The notes beneath the pieces are model-generated. The model was not told the DNA's origin and made no database searches. It was given only the letters and a program-made list of their open reading frames with translations. DNA of 63,395 nucleotides, filler included, from Collodictyon triciliatum (lineage: Eukaryota): assembly GCA_043381765.1 (NCBI GenBank). It is 11 parts of 11 records of this genome, joined end to end, with 100 filler letters (N's around TTAATTAATTAA, not from the genome) between each part and the next. Parts side by side here need not be neighbours in the genome. Positions count along the whole stretch, not along the records: positions 1 to 5,775 come from JBHJMP010004945.1; positions 5,876 to 11,650 come from JBHJMP010004946.1; positions 11,751 to 17,523 come from JBHJMP010004947.1; 8 more parts are not named here. One strand, written 5' to 3'. The translations under genes were made by a program, and so were the position numbers. This document shows positions 1 through 12,090 of this stretch, piece after piece. Positions within the stretch are counted from its first letter, which is position 1. Each line of letters opens with the position of its first letter.

Positions 1-8
1 TTTTATGA

Positions 9-332
9 ATGATTCGTGATGACTTACTTTCTAAGGTAAAAAAAAACTATTCAGATGATTCGGATGACTTCATCAACGATAATGATTTCAAGATCCCTAT
101 GAAAACAAGGAAATGGAGTAGGGGAGGTGGTAGAAGCGGGAAGAAGCCAAACCCATACGATAAGTACAGAGATCAAATGATTGTTCGCGAAAGAAGCGAG
201 AAGACTCACAGCATTCTTAGTACACAGGAATCTGTATGCGACTCTCAGGAAGATCCGACATATCACCCAAGAGCACCATCTTCATCCTATAGGACTTTGA
301 AGAAAACAGTCTTCAAAGGCTCCAAAAACTAG
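9..332 (+). CDS. Probable 3' part of a low-complexity, charged hypothetical protein (5' end may lie outside the window)
   Basis: 107-aa ORF with coding-like composition at the window start; no recognisable domain. Confidence 0.3.
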   Translation: MIRDDLLSKVKKNYSDDSDDFINDNDFKIPMKTRKWSRGGGRSGKKPNPYDKYRDQMIVRERSEKTHSILSTQESVCDSQEDPTYHPRAPSSSYRTLKKTVFKGSKN

Positions 333-1014
333 AGGCAATGAAGCCTTGAAGCAAGCATGAGCCCTACGAATACGTCTGGACTTATGGAAAACAAAAGAAA
401 GAAATCATCGCATGCTGGGAAAAAATCTCAAATGAAAGAAAAAAACAAGAAACAGGAAGCATAAAACAATTTTAAAAAAAATACCAACACTCTATCAAAA
501 CTCTTTCCAAGAAAACGCGATAAATGTTGTTGTTTTTTTAAAAAATAAAAAATCCTTTCCTGTCATCCACCAGCAAACCATCGGCTCCAAACCGAAATAA
601 AAACAAAAAAAAACATAATTTAAAAAAAACTAGTTTTTGATCTGTATTATAACGATGAATACTCGAATGAATGCACTATCTATTGATCCTTTATGTTTTT
701 ATATAAAGATATTTTTATACTTTGTTTACTTTGGCTCATTTTGTACCCCTTTTAATCCAATGAAATCGAAATGTTTTCCTTCCATTGAGCTTGAATGATG
801 AATACTCGCAGATCTTTAATAGAATAATTGGTCATTTTTCAGCTACTTTATTCATACATAATAATGATGGAAACAAACGCTGCAACACATCGAAGGCTTC
901 TCGATCTGTATCTGATTCTTTTTATTCCAGCACTGGTGAGGAGAAACCTGGTTTTTCGTGCAATATCAACATGACCAGTTCAAGAAATTGGCCTTGAAGT
1001 CTTTCTATCTGCCT

Positions 1015-1043
1015 CTGCACAAGATTGAGAGGAAGAATAAAAA
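1015..1043 (+). mobile_element. Family A micro-insertion (LINE 3' tip)
   Basis: CTGCACAAGATTGAGAGGAAGAATAAAAA between 18-bp direct repeats AAGTCT(T/G)TCT(A/G)TCTGCCT at 997-1014 and 1044-1061 (2 mismatches). Confidence 0.8.
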
Positions 1044-1164
1044 AAGTCTGTCTGTCTGCCTACATGTCTGCCTGTCTGTCTCATCGCATGTTATATTTTC
1101 ACTGTGTATAAAAAAAATCATTTGCAACAACAGAACATTTGAAATGATATATGCACTCCGTGTT

Positions 1165-1206
1165 CTTCACTACCCTGCACAAAATTGAAAAGAAGAATAA
1201 AAAAAT
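1165..1206 (+). mobile_element. Family A micro-insertion (LINE 3' tip)
   Basis: CTTCACTACCCTGCACAAAATTGAAAAGAAGAATA(n) with perfect 18-bp TSD ATATATGCACTCCGTGTT at 1147-1164 and 1207-1224. Confidence 0.9.
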
Positions 1207-1783
1207 ATATATGCACTCCGTGTTAAAAGCGAAAAGTAAATTTGTGTAGAGTCTAACCCATTTCGCGTAGAAAATATCAATATATGCTTGATCATCTCAT
1301 AAATCGCATAGAAACGTCGAAAGTATCTGGATATGAAACAGGCTAGTTTGATGAGTATTTTTACAATCAGACTCAATACTCTCTTGAATAAACTTTGAGG
1401 GAGAACCCTAACCCTAAGATGTGTTTCGATGTTGGTTTTCTTGTTATCATTTTATCGCAATGTAATATATATATACTCGATGAATATAATCAAAAATGAT
1501 CGGAATGTAAGAGGTTTCATAAACTTTACAAAAATGAATAAATGAAAAATCAAGCAAGGAGCACATACATAGTTAATAAAATAATGGGATCATAAATTGA
1601 ACAGAGAATCGAGATTCGATATGATAAAACAGGAATAGATATTATATTTAAAATAAATTATATGTTCGGAGAAGTACATTTGAAGTGTAATATTTCTATA
1701 CCCTTCTGCTCCATTTTCGCTCCTCTACACGAATCTGAGCTCACCTGCACTTCAAAAATCCTCCTCTTTTTCTCTTGGTTTTC

Positions 1784-2090
1784 TCTCCGTTCCTTGGTCG
1801 ATCCCCTCTGCTTCATCTCATCCCATCTTCTGATCTCCGTTCCTTGGTCGGTGCCATCTCGGATTTTGCTACTATCTCCTCTCTGTTCCTCATTCGCTAA
1901 CCTCTTCATTCCTTGGTCGGTGCCATGTCGGGTTTAGCTACTATCTCCTCTCCGTTTCTCACTTGCTCATCTCTTCTTTCCTTGGTTGCTCCCGTCTCTG
2001 ACTTTGCTATCATCTGCTGTTCGTTCCTTGGTTGCTGCCATCTCGGGTTTTGCTATCATCTCCTCTGCGTTCCTTGGTCGCTGCCATCTC
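1784..2090. repeat. Degenerate pyrimidine-rich minisatellite, units about 45-70 bp
   Basis: Core TTCCTTGGT(C/T)G recurs 6 times, mostly followed by (G/C)TGCCATCTCGG..TTTGCTA. Confidence 0.75.
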
Positions 2091-2446
2091 TATTTCATTT
2101 GATTTATCCAATTTCCTTGCTAACCAAATTATATCTCTTTATATTATGATCGTGATATCCTTGGTTGGTACCTTGCATCTACACTGAGATACGCTCTGTA
2201 TGTGCGATTGAATTGATCGAACCCCTTTGTGGTAACTGATTATTACCCTTTCATCAGCAATTTAAATAGTCTCTGTCTCATACGAACAATAAAAAACCAT
2301 AAAACATAAGAAATAAAAAGCATTGTTTTATAAAATATACAAATATTTCAATGCATAAAGGTATATAAACCGTATATCTGAGGGTTTCCTTTGGATTCTA
2401 TACAATAATACATGATGGAGAGAAAACTAAATATATTTTTATCATA

Positions 2447-2603
2447 CTGCAACTGCGACTGTGACTGCGACTGCGACTGCGACTGCGCCCCTTGCGACCG
2501 CGACCGCGCCTGCACTGAGACTGCGACCGCGCCCCCTGCGACCGCGCCTGCGCTGCGACTGCGACCGCGCCCCCTGCGCCTGCGACCGCGCCGCGCCGCG
2601 CCG
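2447..2603. repeat. GC-rich GACTGC/GACCGCGCC tandem array
   Basis: Directly visible tandem units in an otherwise AT-rich scaffold. Confidence 0.8.
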
Positions 2604-3444
2604 ATGCGTTTTCCTCGGCTTCAATTGCAATACCGCTTCGCGGTAAGGAAGAGAGGGAGGGAAAGAGAGAGAGGGGGAAAAAGGGGGATTCTTTATATAA
2701 ATTAGGCGTATCGTTTCGTTTTTATTGAATCCTTTCGGTGTCCGCGCCTCATGCTTCGTTCGACTGCGACTCGCTTGATCGCTCGCCCTACGGGTTCTCC
2801 ATTGTTGCGTACTATTTTAAAAAGCGAAAAACAACTCCGGGCCCCTAAAGGGGACCCCCCCTCCGTATGATTTTTCGGATTTTTAAAATGAACTCCACAA
2901 TTCCGAATCTTGCTCACTACGCGAATCTTCGGCTGAGCGGACACCTCAGGATTCAATTGCAAACTTCACTTTCTCTTTCTAATTTATAGAATTGCAACCC
3001 CCTTTTATGTTGTTATTAGCATAATCGCCGCACACATCAAGTTACCCTCCATGCATGCATATAAAACAAGTACAATCAAAATATTAAAGGAAAAAAAAAG
3101 GGAATCCCATATGATGGTTAATTAAACAACAATACCTTTAAGTAATGAATCAAGTCAAAATATTTAGTAATCAAAGGAAATGTATTTGAAAAAACAAAAA
3201 AAGACATGCAGAAGAATAGTCGATTGAAAAAAATTATTCATACATACATATGGAATAGAGTTTGGATATAAAATAGATTATTAGAGTATAGCATAAATGA
3301 GAGAGCATATATGCGAGAAACTTATAAAAAGAGACATTTTAACATAATATATAGGAAAGATAATATGAAAGAAAGGTCGAGATGAAAAACCAGAGAACAG
3401 ACTATAGATTATGTAGAATATATGATGAGACATATAGCATAGAG

Positions 3445-3601
3445 CACAGAACCCAGGGTACAGGCCAGATCGCAGGATGCAATTTCTGACTACTGACTAC
3501 CTCTCTGCCACTCGGACACCAAGTAGCGTCCATGAAAACTATGCATAGCGAACCAAAGCCAACATCTCCACCACCCTGCACAAAATTGAAGAATAAAAAA
3601 A
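3445..3601 (+). mobile_element. 5'-truncated LINE copy (family A; ORF2 C-terminus, 3' UTR and A-tail)
   Basis: Encodes NPGYRPDRRMQFLTTDYLSATRTPSSVHENYA*, homologous to DPGYRPNRRMQFLITDYLSATRPPSSVHANNG* ending at 37426 (- strand); ends CCCTGCACAAAATTGAAGAATAAAAAAA; CATAGAG on both flanks. Confidence 0.9.
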
Positions 3602-4719
3602 TCAACATAGAGGATCAGCATACAGCATACAGCATACAGCACATATCACATAGCACATTGATTATGGAATATAGAGCATGTAGCATACAGCACATAGATC
3701 ATGGAATATAGAGCATGTAGCATATATAATAAAGCACGAAACAAATAGTAAAAAGAAAAGACAAGAATTCAAGGATCAAATAGTAAATTGTATATTCTCT
3801 TCATTTATTCGATTTAATATTTTTTATATATTATATACAATTCAGCGTACTTGTCAAGCCCCGATTGAAGGCAGTTGTGTGTTTCAGATAAACATGAAGA
3901 TCTACTTGGTATGGAAGCTAACTCCATAGATCATACACATCCACCCATGTATATTAAGCAAAGGCTCAACTTGCAGGGAGCTATTTGTGAAGATAGTTCT
4001 GAATGAAAAAAAGAAGATCAATAAGTTTCTATAAAGTCTTGGTTACTAATAATAAAATATCAAAGGAAAAGATATGACTGGATTGAATTAATAAAAAGCA
4101 CATCAAAATGACAGTGAAAACAACAACAACAAAAACTGGTAAGAGTGTGAAAAAGATCGAGATAAATATTGAATAGAATAGAAAAAATAAAAGAGTAACA
4201 TATGAGAAGAGTATATATGTGTGTAAATTGTAAAATCAAATAACGAATAATAAAATGAACTGTTGTGAGAAGGTTACAAGGAGAAGAAATATACTTAGAG
4301 AGCACATAGCGAAGAGAAAAGAATATGGGTGAAAAGAGAGAATAAAAACAAGAAAGAATGAAAAGATGGTCACAAATCATGTCAGCAAGTATGAAAAGAA
4401 TAGAAAACAACAAGAGAACAAAAACGAAGAAAAGAATGTATGCTTTGTCATTGGAAAAAAGAGAAAAATATAACAATAAGAATGTTAAAAATCAGAGCAA
4501 TAATATACAAACAAAACATAATGTTAATATCTATTTACAAAAAGAAATATTCAAATACATGGAAAAGCCTTCTGAAGGTGCTGCAGTCTATAATGTGACA
4601 TTATAGTTCTACCATTGGAAACCAGGTTCATCTCGAATAGGAAAGAAATTATCAATATAGAAATATTACTTTGACAATATGTTCTTTGAATATATTAGAA
4701 TATGATTAGGATGAACAAA

Positions 4720-4804
4720 GCCCTGCCGGCCGGTCAAAAATTTGAAGCGAGATGAACGGTTCATCCCAGGTTCATCCCAATTTACTAATGCCGGCCGGCG
4801 GGGC
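4720..4804. repeat. Small inverted-repeat element (MITE-like)
   Basis: GCCCTGCCGGCCGG (4720-4733) versus CCGGCCGGCGGGGC (4791-4804) is a 13/14 inverted match; GTTCATC motifs inside and nearby; no TSD seen. Confidence 0.4.
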
Positions 4805-5275
4805 CATGTACTGCAGGTATTAGAAGTGACAGAGAATTTTCGGAGACCCACGGATTTTCTCACGGCATGTCCATGTTTGGGCGAAAATATTACCAAGCAG
4901 TGATACTTACTAGATGATTTTTGCTATGACTTGATAGGTTCTTTATTGCATTTTCCATACACTTGAAATAAAAAAACATGCATATAATCATTTTGAATCA
5001 TTATTTTGATGATTATTTGTTACTTATTATGCTTGTAGGACTTATTTTATACTGTTTTGAATCGAAAAAAGAAATATGTAATATTTTTCGTATGTTCTGG
5101 TTCGTAATTTTCTGATGCATGACACAATGATTGATTATTATGAGTGGTGATACGTACAATTTTTGTATCAAAGATACAAAAATTGCAATAAAATATGTTT
5201 TATTAAAAAAAATATATGCATGCACATTGTCCCAGAGGTAAAGCGATTCATTTATTTTATCAAGGAATTGAATAT

Positions 5276-5316
5276 TCACCATCCTGCACAAAATTGAAAG
5301 AAAGAATAAAAAAATA
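5276..5316 (+). mobile_element. Family A micro-insertion (LINE 3' tip)
   Basis: TCACCATCCTGCACAAAATTGAAAGAAAGAATA(n) with perfect 17-bp TSD ATCAAGGAATTGAATAT at 5259-5275 and 5317-5333. Confidence 0.9.
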
Positions 5317-5775
5317 ATCAAGGAATTGAATATATCTGATTGGACCTTTACTTTTCCGGTCGACTTAAATATATATAATTAACTCATGAGACAAATCTAT
5401 TGAAATACGTTGAATTTTAGTTTTTTATTTAACTAATGCAGTTTCTTTCCTCTGATATTGTAATGAACCAAAGACAAGTATCCATTTGCGAAACGCAGTG
5501 ATTTGAAAGCCATCATCTGGTGTGTATAAATCTGCTTTGGATTTTTGTTTTAATTCATTTTTTAAAGTCTTGTTAGTTGATTGGTGTTATGTGTTGGATG
5601 GTATGTAATTCTTTGTTGTTTAATGATTAAAAGAAAAATACCTTTATCGGATGGTGTTTACTTTGTATTGTTCAAGAAAACATGCACTACATTGTATAGA
5701 CCATCCGACTTTTCTCCAAGCCATTTGTAATATTGCACGAAGCTCATGTTATCTATCGGCAAAGACGATTTCCTG

Positions 5776-5875
5776 NNNNNNNNNNNNNNNNNNNNNNNNN
5801 NNNNNNNNNNNNNNNNNNNTTAATTAATTAANNNNNNNNNNNNNNNNNNNNNNNNNNNNNNNNNNNNNNNNNNNN
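5776..5875. other. Artificial scaffold spacer (also at 11651, 17524, 23401, 31928, 37797, 43683, 49551, 55417 and 61290; each 100 bp)
   Basis: N44-TTAATTAATTAA-N44, identical ten times; a stop-codon linker. Confidence 0.97.
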
Positions 5876-5973
5876 TATGTGTATGTATATGTGTATGTAT
5901 ATGTGTATGTATATGTGTATGTATATGTGTATGTATATGTGTATGTATATGTGTATGTATATGTGTATGTATA

Positions 5974-6471
5974 TTGGAGCCATCTCATCATACGGCGCAC
6001 CTTGACCGATTCAGGGTCGCTGCCATTTCTCATCACGAGAAACTGAATCACTCCAGGGATTACTTTTTTCAAAGCTTCTGTTCTCGGCTCATATGTAAAC
6101 TCGTCGGATTTACTCTGTACAGCCTTCTCAAAGACTTGAGAATCCGCAAACGCCAAAGGACGGAAACTGTCACGATATGCCAGAGTCCAAAAAAACCCTC
6201 CGTTCAATGCGACTCTGAACAGCTTTTTTCTCAGAGAAAGAGAAGTTGTCGAGGACCTTGGAGACTCTTGAAAATCCTTCCTTGTCTCTGCAGTCATTGT
6301 CTCGATCGAAAAGGAGCCATCGTTGTGGAGTTTGGCGCTTGGAAACTTTCCAGCGAGGCTAAACTCGTATATGGCCTGAAACGGTGGCGGTGCGAGTGAG
6401 TGGAGCACAAGCACACTGTCCAGGTCTTTTTCGAGCCAGACTACAGATTGCATATGATCTGCTTCTCTCCT
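5974..6471 (-). CDS. Exon of a hypothetical protein (gene runs off the scaffold end; small upstream exons likely at about 6595-6820)
   Basis: About 165 open codons (DRREADHMQSVVWLEKDL...KVRRMM) after a CAG acceptor; the TYTY tail of the ORF is a (TATGTG)n microsatellite. Confidence 0.5.
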
Positions 6472-6837
6472 GTCCTGTGTCTGGTGGTTCAGTTAATAAT
6501 AATAATAATAATAATAAACATCGGAAACCCCTAGCCATTAAAAAAAAAAAGGAGGGGGACAAAAAAAAAGAAGAATCCTCGCATAAGTTTTGAACCGAAA
6601 GATATGAATTGATCCAACTGTGTCTGTATGGTAAGTTGCTATATTATATAGTTAATTATTTTTTTTTTTCTGTTTTTTTTTTCTTCGTCATAGCGTTCTT
6701 TATTTGCCTCTGATTCATGTTTCCTCGGATTCATGTCGCAAGGCAAACAATCTCGTTTTCCATTTCTGGAATATATTTTCTTTCCTCTTTTCATCATCAC
6801 CGTCATCATTAAACCGCATGTTAAATTGATTTTTCTA

Positions 6838-8187
6838 TCACGGCACAAATTCTGGGTTCAAAAATTCATCAAGGAAAATGGCGGATAGTCTGGTATCAAA
6901 CATGATGGCTGGGATTAGGATTTACTGCGGCGAATCCGGCTGCTGCATCCAAACAGACAAGACTGGATTGAACAGAATCCCCGACCCGAAGGCCATCCAG
7001 GATTTCGTGCGCGTAATTGGGATTCGCGCACTGGGACCAAAGGCATGGAACAGAATCATTTGAAGTTCCTCCACACAAGATGCTGTACCCCGGCGAAACG
7101 GAAGGATATGCGCAAGTATGAATAGAATGATGGCAAAAGCATCTGATTTGGTTGCGCCGAAGGAGTTGGAGCAAGTTTCATGGCCACGATTCGCAAACAC
7201 ACTGCTCCATTCTCTGGATATATAATTCATGCATGCTTCGTAAACAAAATGTCCAGGATGGTGGATATATACGGGGCTCTGGCAGGAATCAGCACCCACA
7301 CTCGAATCCATCCACAGATAATGAGTCAAGGGAGTATTCTTGTATGACAAGTATGCAAGGCGGAGTAAACGAGGCTGCGATACCCAGTCGACGTAGTGCT
7401 GTATGCTTGAAAAATCGAATGGTGCAAAACTCTTGCAGTCGGCGTCTGCATTCAACTGCTCCAGCTTCCAGACTCCTTCGGTAATTATATCACGCACATA
7501 ATTTGGATAATCCGAGATAGAAATGGCACTATGCATCTCAGGAAAACTCGCACTTGATCTGCCCAAAGTGTGCTGCATAGAATGAACCGAGCAGTCCACA
7601 AGAGCATCGATATTTTCTGCCTCTAAAAGCACGAGGTGTATTTCGTCTTTAAAACAATCAATTTCGTGTGTTGGGGTTTGTTTTAGTCTCTGTATAATGT
7701 CATTCCATTCGCTAAGTCCTTTGCCATAAAATGGGTGCCACGGATGCAAAATTGTATACGTAGAACGCGAGCTGCTGGCAGGATTGGAATCAAAGCGCAG
7801 GGTGCCAAACGAATCTGCTTCACTGTCTTTCAATTGATGAGCTGTTTCTCGACGCCAGCTGGATAGCAAACGCAAGACTTCCTCTAATGAAGCATCCATT
7901 TCAACTTGCAAACGATGGTGCTCTTTCCTCAGGGTTCGATAGCGGTTCAGAGCAATTAAGCAGTCGGATATCACATCTCTGTGTCGGTGAACTGCAAAAG
8001 ATATCGGTTCTAAAGGCGCCATCGCATCATCGGCCATTTGATAAAGTTGGAGCTTTGTACAGATGCAGAATTCTATTAACTGCATATCCAGTAAGTTTGT
8101 ATGTCTATTGGGGGAATGTGTAGCTGAATTATAAGCTCTTTTGTAATATCCAGCCTCCAACAGAAGCCAGATATCCTCTATTTCCAT
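6838..8187 (-). CDS. Protein with a C-terminal Fido/AvrB-like motif
   Basis: 421-codon uninterrupted ORF from ATG 8187; contains VYIHHP...FAIILFILAHILPFRRGTASCVEE. The ORF's TAA lies inside a possible 36-nt GT-AG intron (6890-6925), which would extend the protein to LSAIFLDEFLNPEFVP* at 6838. Confidence 0.65.
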
Positions 8188-8793
8188 TCTCAGCGTCCTA
8201 TAATAGTAAGTCACAATAGATTTTATTAGCCCCTCAATATGATTTTTTCGATATCACAGAAGTGTTTGTTGTAAAAAAAAAAAATAAGGGAGTCATAATT
8301 ATTGATTATGACTGCATTTGCGTCATTAAAATTTTAATTTATCTCATCGATATTTGCAACCAACGCCATGGAATTCCCATTTACATCGGTTTTCGGTCAT
8401 TTGATTTTTATGAAAATTAATTGGGAAGATAAAAAAGAATTATTCACTCATGAATCTAGACTTTCCATGTTTGAGGTATATCAAAATGATGTCGAGTGAT
8501 GAGGAAGGTTCTATAATTCTTTTTAAACGGTCGTATTTTATTCACTTCTTGTTTCCGAAATTTTGTATCTAAATAGTATCATACACCCGAATATATATAT
8601 ATACTGGAGAGAAAGTATGAAAGGAGTAAAGCATTGGAAATCTCTCTAATATGAACTTTCAAAATGTAAGATGAACATGACAAATATAATAGTATTCTAA
8701 AAATATTTCATTCGGTAGATTTATTTGATGCATCTGGCGTTGGGGCTTGTAAATAGGAAATTTGATGCAGGGATTTTTACGATTCCAAAAGTA

Positions 8794-11436
8794 TCAGAGT
8801 ACGGTTGTCATAGACGCAAACCATTTCGCCAACTCAGAAACTTGGGGCATATCATCAGGATTGTACTTTGCCATAAATGGATGTCTCTGTTGGGTGAATT
8901 GTTGTTAAATAATCAAGACCGACTAATAAATGAATTAGACTTTTTGTAAACAAGCAATATTTTGCATGGTAATGAGATATTAGAAAAAAATCATTACGTC
9001 AAATACATCATGCGCGTGAACAAGAGAAAAAATGAAATCATAAAAATACGTCAATTATTAAAGTTACCCCGAGATATCCAGATAAGGGTCGTTTGTTTTG
9101 GTCTTTGATGAGACTGTGAAGTGCGATATGAAAGGGAGTTTATAAATGCGAAAAAAATTTAAACAGTGGCTATGGGTTTTGGTATTCGTGGTGGGGAGCA
9201 AGTGTTAACATGGCACAATATTAGTACAAAACTAAAACCCCTATCATATGGCACAAACTGAACGAAAGAATAAAAAAAAAAAAAAAAAAAAAAAGCAGAA
9301 GATTAGTGTCATCGTTATCAGTACCATAAATCAATGAAATCAATCAACTCGGGGGAGTATTGTTGATTTCGCAGCGTTGGCGGAGGTCCATCAGCAATTG
9401 CATCTGTCAGCGCTTCAGGGCTCGGACCGAGCGGATAAGGGTATCTGTTTTAATATTTAGCCTTATGGACCCAATTCACAATTAACTTGAATACAACAGA
9501 TGACTCAGAATATTGATTCTTTAAATTCTTTCTCGGGATTGAGAATCTAACTTTCCCGTGGTCGCTTCGTATACGATTAATCCTATCGCCCAAATATCTG
9601 AATTGTATGAATATTGACCAGAGCCCATTCGCTCCGGCTTTTCAGCTTCGTAAAGGATTATTTTTGGTACATATCGAAATAGATTGGTAGCGCAATCTTA
9701 TAATTGATAAAAAAAAAAAAATGAAAGAATCTGAATCAAAGTGAACGAAATTATGCACAGCACAATTTCAATCCAGAAAAAAAAATCATGACTGATTCAA
9801 TCCTTCATTAAATGGATACGGACATATAACCTGCCGTTCCCACATAGCTTGATGCCATTGCTCTAGAAGTGAGAAGGTCAGAGGCAAGGCCAAAGTCAGA
9901 CACCTTCACCCATCCCTTTTGATTGTCAATTTTGAAAATATTCATAATTAACACATCTAGGAGAGATGAAACGCGAGAGAACTTGCTTTACATTATAAAC
10001 GTATTTTAAAATATAAAAAGTAGACTTGTTGTGTCTTGGTCATTTTAAATTCAAAATGACAATATTGACAATATTGACAATATCGGTAGTAATTAAATAA
10101 TAAATAAAGAGGGAATATTCGCTCTTTCATTGTATTACCTCTGAACTAATTAAAATGTTCCCTGGTTTCACATCACGATGAATAAATTTGTTGAAATGCA
10201 TATATGCTAATCCTGTCAACACCTAGATATTCCAAAATTGTCAAAAAGTATCTGAAGGTAACGTGACTATTTATTATTTTGTAACGAAATATTATTATTG
10301 GTAAATGTGTATGGTGCTATTTATTCGATAGATTATATAGAATTGTTAAAGAAATGCTATTTGGTATGCAGACATATGATGCAGAAAGTAGACTTTACTG
10401 TGTATGATACTGCATAATGAAGAATAAATACCTGATATACAATCATAGAGAGATAATTTTCAGGTAATTTAACTAGGGACTTCATAAGAGACGAAAGCGA
10501 GCCCAAATCCATGTACTCCAATGCAAGATACACGTTTGCCTATACCAATGAGAAAAATTACAAAATAGAGGGAAATAGTCATAACATTTGATAAGGAATT
10601 GTAAATCATATGAATGCAAGATATCTGTGCATTTGGCGTAGTACATTCAAACAATATTTTTGAGAATAAATTGGGCATGATAAGTGATAATAAATCTATA
10701 GTAGTCGGCGGGGAAAAAGTCAGATCGATTGAGGCTTTACGCTATCTGAAAAGGCTGCATACAATCTAACAAGATTGGGGGCTTGAAGCCGCAAAAAAGC
10801 TTTCAGCTCGGATACAAGTTGCTTCCTCTTTTCGGCCGACTCGAGGTAATTGATAATCTTGACGGCAACGACGGTCCGTGTTTGTTTGTGTCTGATGTTA
10901 AAAATATTTATTTGAAGATTCTTTCATTAATTCCTCCTTTAAAATTTGTTCAAGATGAAGAACTTTGGCCATGGTTCGTTTTTATTCGACAATCGTAGCT
11001 GAGAGAAGCATTTTGTTTATGACTTCAACTTTATTTGAAGAAAAGCACACCCAGGTCTTTATCGTCAAGATATACCAGATATTAAAATATTGCATCATAT
11101 TATGATAGATATAAAAAATACAAATAAAACGAATAGATAAATCTAATAATTATCAGAACATACACTGCAAGGCGAACAGTTCCCGCGGCACCCTGACCGA
11201 TTGTGTCATGAAACTGAATGTCATCCACAGAGGTATTTGATTCGAAGGTAACTCCGAGAGCGTTGGTTAATGCTCCGCTTCGAGTGACAACTAAGCCATC
11301 TTTTTTGAATGTACCAGACACAGTACTATATCGAGCACGGGAAAATTTTGAGTCAGATTTAATGAGTCTTGTCGAGAATAAAAATTATTGATGGATTAAG
11401 GGGGTGTGATTACTTTTCATTTTGTTCGTGACTCAT
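8794..11436 (-). CDS. MAP kinase kinase (STE7/MEK family), about 10 exons
   Basis: Spliced by hand at GT-AG sites: IGQGAAGTV, VAVKII, LALEYMDLGSL, HRDVKPGNIL, VKVSDFGLA, TSRAMASSYVGTAGYMSPER, SDIWAIG, CLIKDQNKRP. An extra last exon ending near 8542 is possible. Confidence 0.93.
9251..9294 (+). mobile_element. Degenerate family A remnant in a MAP2K intron
   Basis: GCACAAACTGAACGAAAGAAT followed by 23 A; no clear TSD. Confidence 0.55.
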
Positions 11437-11750
11437 TTATGTCAAGTTTATGTTATTTAAATTTTATTTAATGCAAGAAAAAATTAAAAAAAAGCAGCAA
11501 ATAATTCTCTATTATGGTCCAAACTTTATCATTTGATTGCATTTGTGTTTTTATATGTTGTTGTTTATATGTTGTTGTTTATATGTTGTTGTTTATATGT
11601 TGTTGTTTATATGTTGTTGTTTATATGTTGTTGTTTATATGTTGTTGTTTNNNNNNNNNNNNNNNNNNNNNNNNNNNNNNNNNNNNNNNNNNNNTTAATT
11701 AATTAANNNNNNNNNNNNNNNNNNNNNNNNNNNNNNNNNNNNNNNNNNNN

Positions 11751-11950
11751 TTTTTTTATTGGGGTTTTTTTATTGGGGTTTTTTTATTGGGGTTTTTTTA
11801 TTGGGGTTTTTTTATTGGGGTTTTTTTATTGGGGTTTTTTTATTGGGGTTTTTTTATTGGGGTTTTTTTATTGGGGTTTTTTTATTGGGGTTTTTTTATT
11901 GGGGTTTTTTTATTGGGGTTTTTTTATTGGGGTTTTTATTGGGTTTTTAT
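11751..11950. repeat. 14-bp minisatellite (TTTTTTTATTGGGG)n
   Basis: About 13-14 tandem units at the scaffold start. Confidence 0.95.
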
Positions 11951-12090
11951 CGGTTTTATTTTCGTTTTCGATCTGCTCTACGGCATTGTTTGGTGTTGCT
12001 TTGCATGCGCATTGAATGTCTGATCTGTAGAGAAGCAGTTTGTAGTTCGTAGTCTGCTATATATATGAGCCCCACACAAACGTTCTGCAG

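Noticed and set aside
1406-1417. CCCTAACCCTAA telomere-like motif
   Set aside because: Only two internal units; compatible with chance.
5820-5831. TTAATTAATTAA palindrome recurring about every 5.9 kb
   Set aside because: Always centred in exactly 44+44 Ns; an artificial stop-codon linker.
11751-11950. G4-tract repeat as a possible telomere
   Set aside because: The G-rich strand points inward from the scaffold's left end, the wrong polarity for a telomere, and it resembles the other simple repeats at scaffold ends.
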